A stretch of 64,000 bases of DNA from a virus (taxonomy: Duplodnaviria > Caudoviricetes): the IMG/VR virus record IMGVR_UViG_3300009161_000021; one strand, 5' to 3'. The notes under the pieces are model-generated. The model was not told the origin of the DNA. It ran no database searches and worked only from the letters and a program-made list of their open reading frames with translations. Of this stretch, positions 62,955 through 64,000 are shown piece by piece. The position numbers and the translations under genes were made by a program. Position 1 is the stretch's first letter, and each line of letters begins with the position of its first letter.

Positions 62955-64000
62955 TTACAGCATCTGCCTGATGAGTTGCCGGAGCCTGGATTCACTCATT
63001 GTTTTCTCTCGTTTTTTCAGAGCTTCACCGGCGAGCTGGGTGACACGGAGGTCATCGTCATTCAACATCGAGCGGATAACCTCCGTCGGAGTATTCGAAT
63101 GCTGCACGACCCATCTACGAACCTGATCCTCATCATCTCTTGCGAGCTTAGAGAGGATCTCTGGCGGGGTGTTCAGGTTCCACGCGACGCTTCTGCGCTT
63201 TATAGGGTCGGGATCGCTGGAAAATGACACGAGCATCTCTTGGGGCAGATTTCTGTTTGCGATCGCGCTCATATACACAGCTTCTCTTTTGTCATTTGAC
63301 AGCTTGACCAAGACATCTGGTGGTGTGTGCAGATTTTGTGCGACTCTTTCCCTGACGCCATCCGCGCGATCGCTCGCAAGCTTGGCGAGAACGACATGAT
63401 CTCTTGTCGAGCGCGCTGCTCTCCCGCGATCATCTTTGTTTTTGCTTCGTGATAGGTCCTCAAAGAAAGCGTTGATACTTTCTTTAGGGATCGATGGGTG
63501 CTTAGCGATCATGTACTTGTTGTCATTATCAGGATCGTTCCATAATTTTAGAGCCAGCCAGGCGGGTACGGCTTCTCTTCGTTTTTCAAAGTAATACAAG
63601 ATTGCTCGCCGAACGCTGGCGTCAGGATCGGAAACTACTCTATCGAGCATCTCATCTGAGAGCGTTAGATTCGATCCGCCGACAACCTGAGCTCGAACGC
63701 CTACGTTTCCTCTATCGAGCATCAACTTGAGAACGCCATCATCAACTCCTGGCTCTCTCAGAATGAGATGCATGAGGTCGCTCGCCTCGTCCTTTGAGAT
63801 CCCCTTCGTCACGTGATTAAAATCTTCAACGCTTCTCGCAGCGAGTTGAACTTTCAAACTAGCAGGATGCCTTCCACCCAAGCTTCGATTCTTTTCCTTG
63901 AATATCACCATGATCTCATCGTGATAAGGACCGAGAATATCTCGCAACCTTGTTTGAGTGAGACCTTTATTGGCTCTATCGACCGACAGCCCACCATCTT
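62955..64000 (-). CDS. HEAT/LRV-repeat protein, partial (start beyond right edge)
   Basis: Repeats L..L..D....VR..VA.N..TP; frame open to 64000; C-terminal SESRLRQLIRQML. Confidence 0.75.
   Translation of the reverse strand, partial: DGGLSVDRANKGLTQTRLRDILGPYHDEIMVIFKEKNRSLGGRHPASLKVQLAARSVEDFNHVTKGISKDEASDLMHLILREPGVDDGVLKLMLDRGNVGVRAQVVGGSNLTLSDEMLDRVVSDPDASVRRAILYYFEKRREAVPAWLALKLWNDPDNDNKYMIAKHPSIPKESINAFFEDLSRSKNKDDRGRAARSTRDHVVLAKLASDRADGVRERVAQNLHTPPDVLVKLSNDKREAVYMSAIANRNLPQEMLVSFSSDPDPIKRRSVAWNLNTPPEILSKLARDDEDQVRRWVVQHSNTPTEVIRSMLNDDDLRVTQLAGEALKKREKTMSESRLRQLIRQML

Noticed and set aside
1-64000. Stop-codon reassignment as seen in some jumbo phages
   Set aside because: Long conserved genes (dnaE, groEL, ligase, uvsE) are intact under code 11, and TAG, TGA and TAA all terminate genes.

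Overview
A 64-kb segment of a large (jumbo-type) GC-rich bacteriophage genome. It is almost entirely coded on the minus strand, with three small plus-strand islands. Left third (about 0.7-19.6 kb): a hypervariable early region with DNA ligase, RNA ligase, metallophosphoesterase, AAA ATPase and a NucS-like nuclease. It also holds about 20 small SH3/KOW-like 'MKPGDL' genes, many chained by a conserved ~27-nt junction that is at once RBS, start codon and the upstream gene's stop. Middle (19-50 kb): probable late/virion genes sharing an 'ESxIRRIIREE' helix and an upstream ATAYTTA motif, plus OmpA-like, tail-tube-like, UvsE, Dps-like, GIY-YIG, a sigma70 lacking region 4.2 followed by a separate sigma4-like gene, GroEL, 5'-3' exonuclease and SOD. 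Right (50-64 kb): a nucleotide/DNA-modification operon (dCMP deaminase, DHH, thymidine kinase, cupin, NDP-sugar epimerase, dCMP hydroxymethylase-like, dNMP kinase, T4 beta-glucosyltransferase-like) abutting DnaE, then a putative homing endonuclease, a dCTPase/dUTPase-like gene and an Fpg/Nei glycosylase with an ATT start. No tRNA, rRNA or CRISPR array was seen. All family calls come from motif recognition by eye; no database searches were run.
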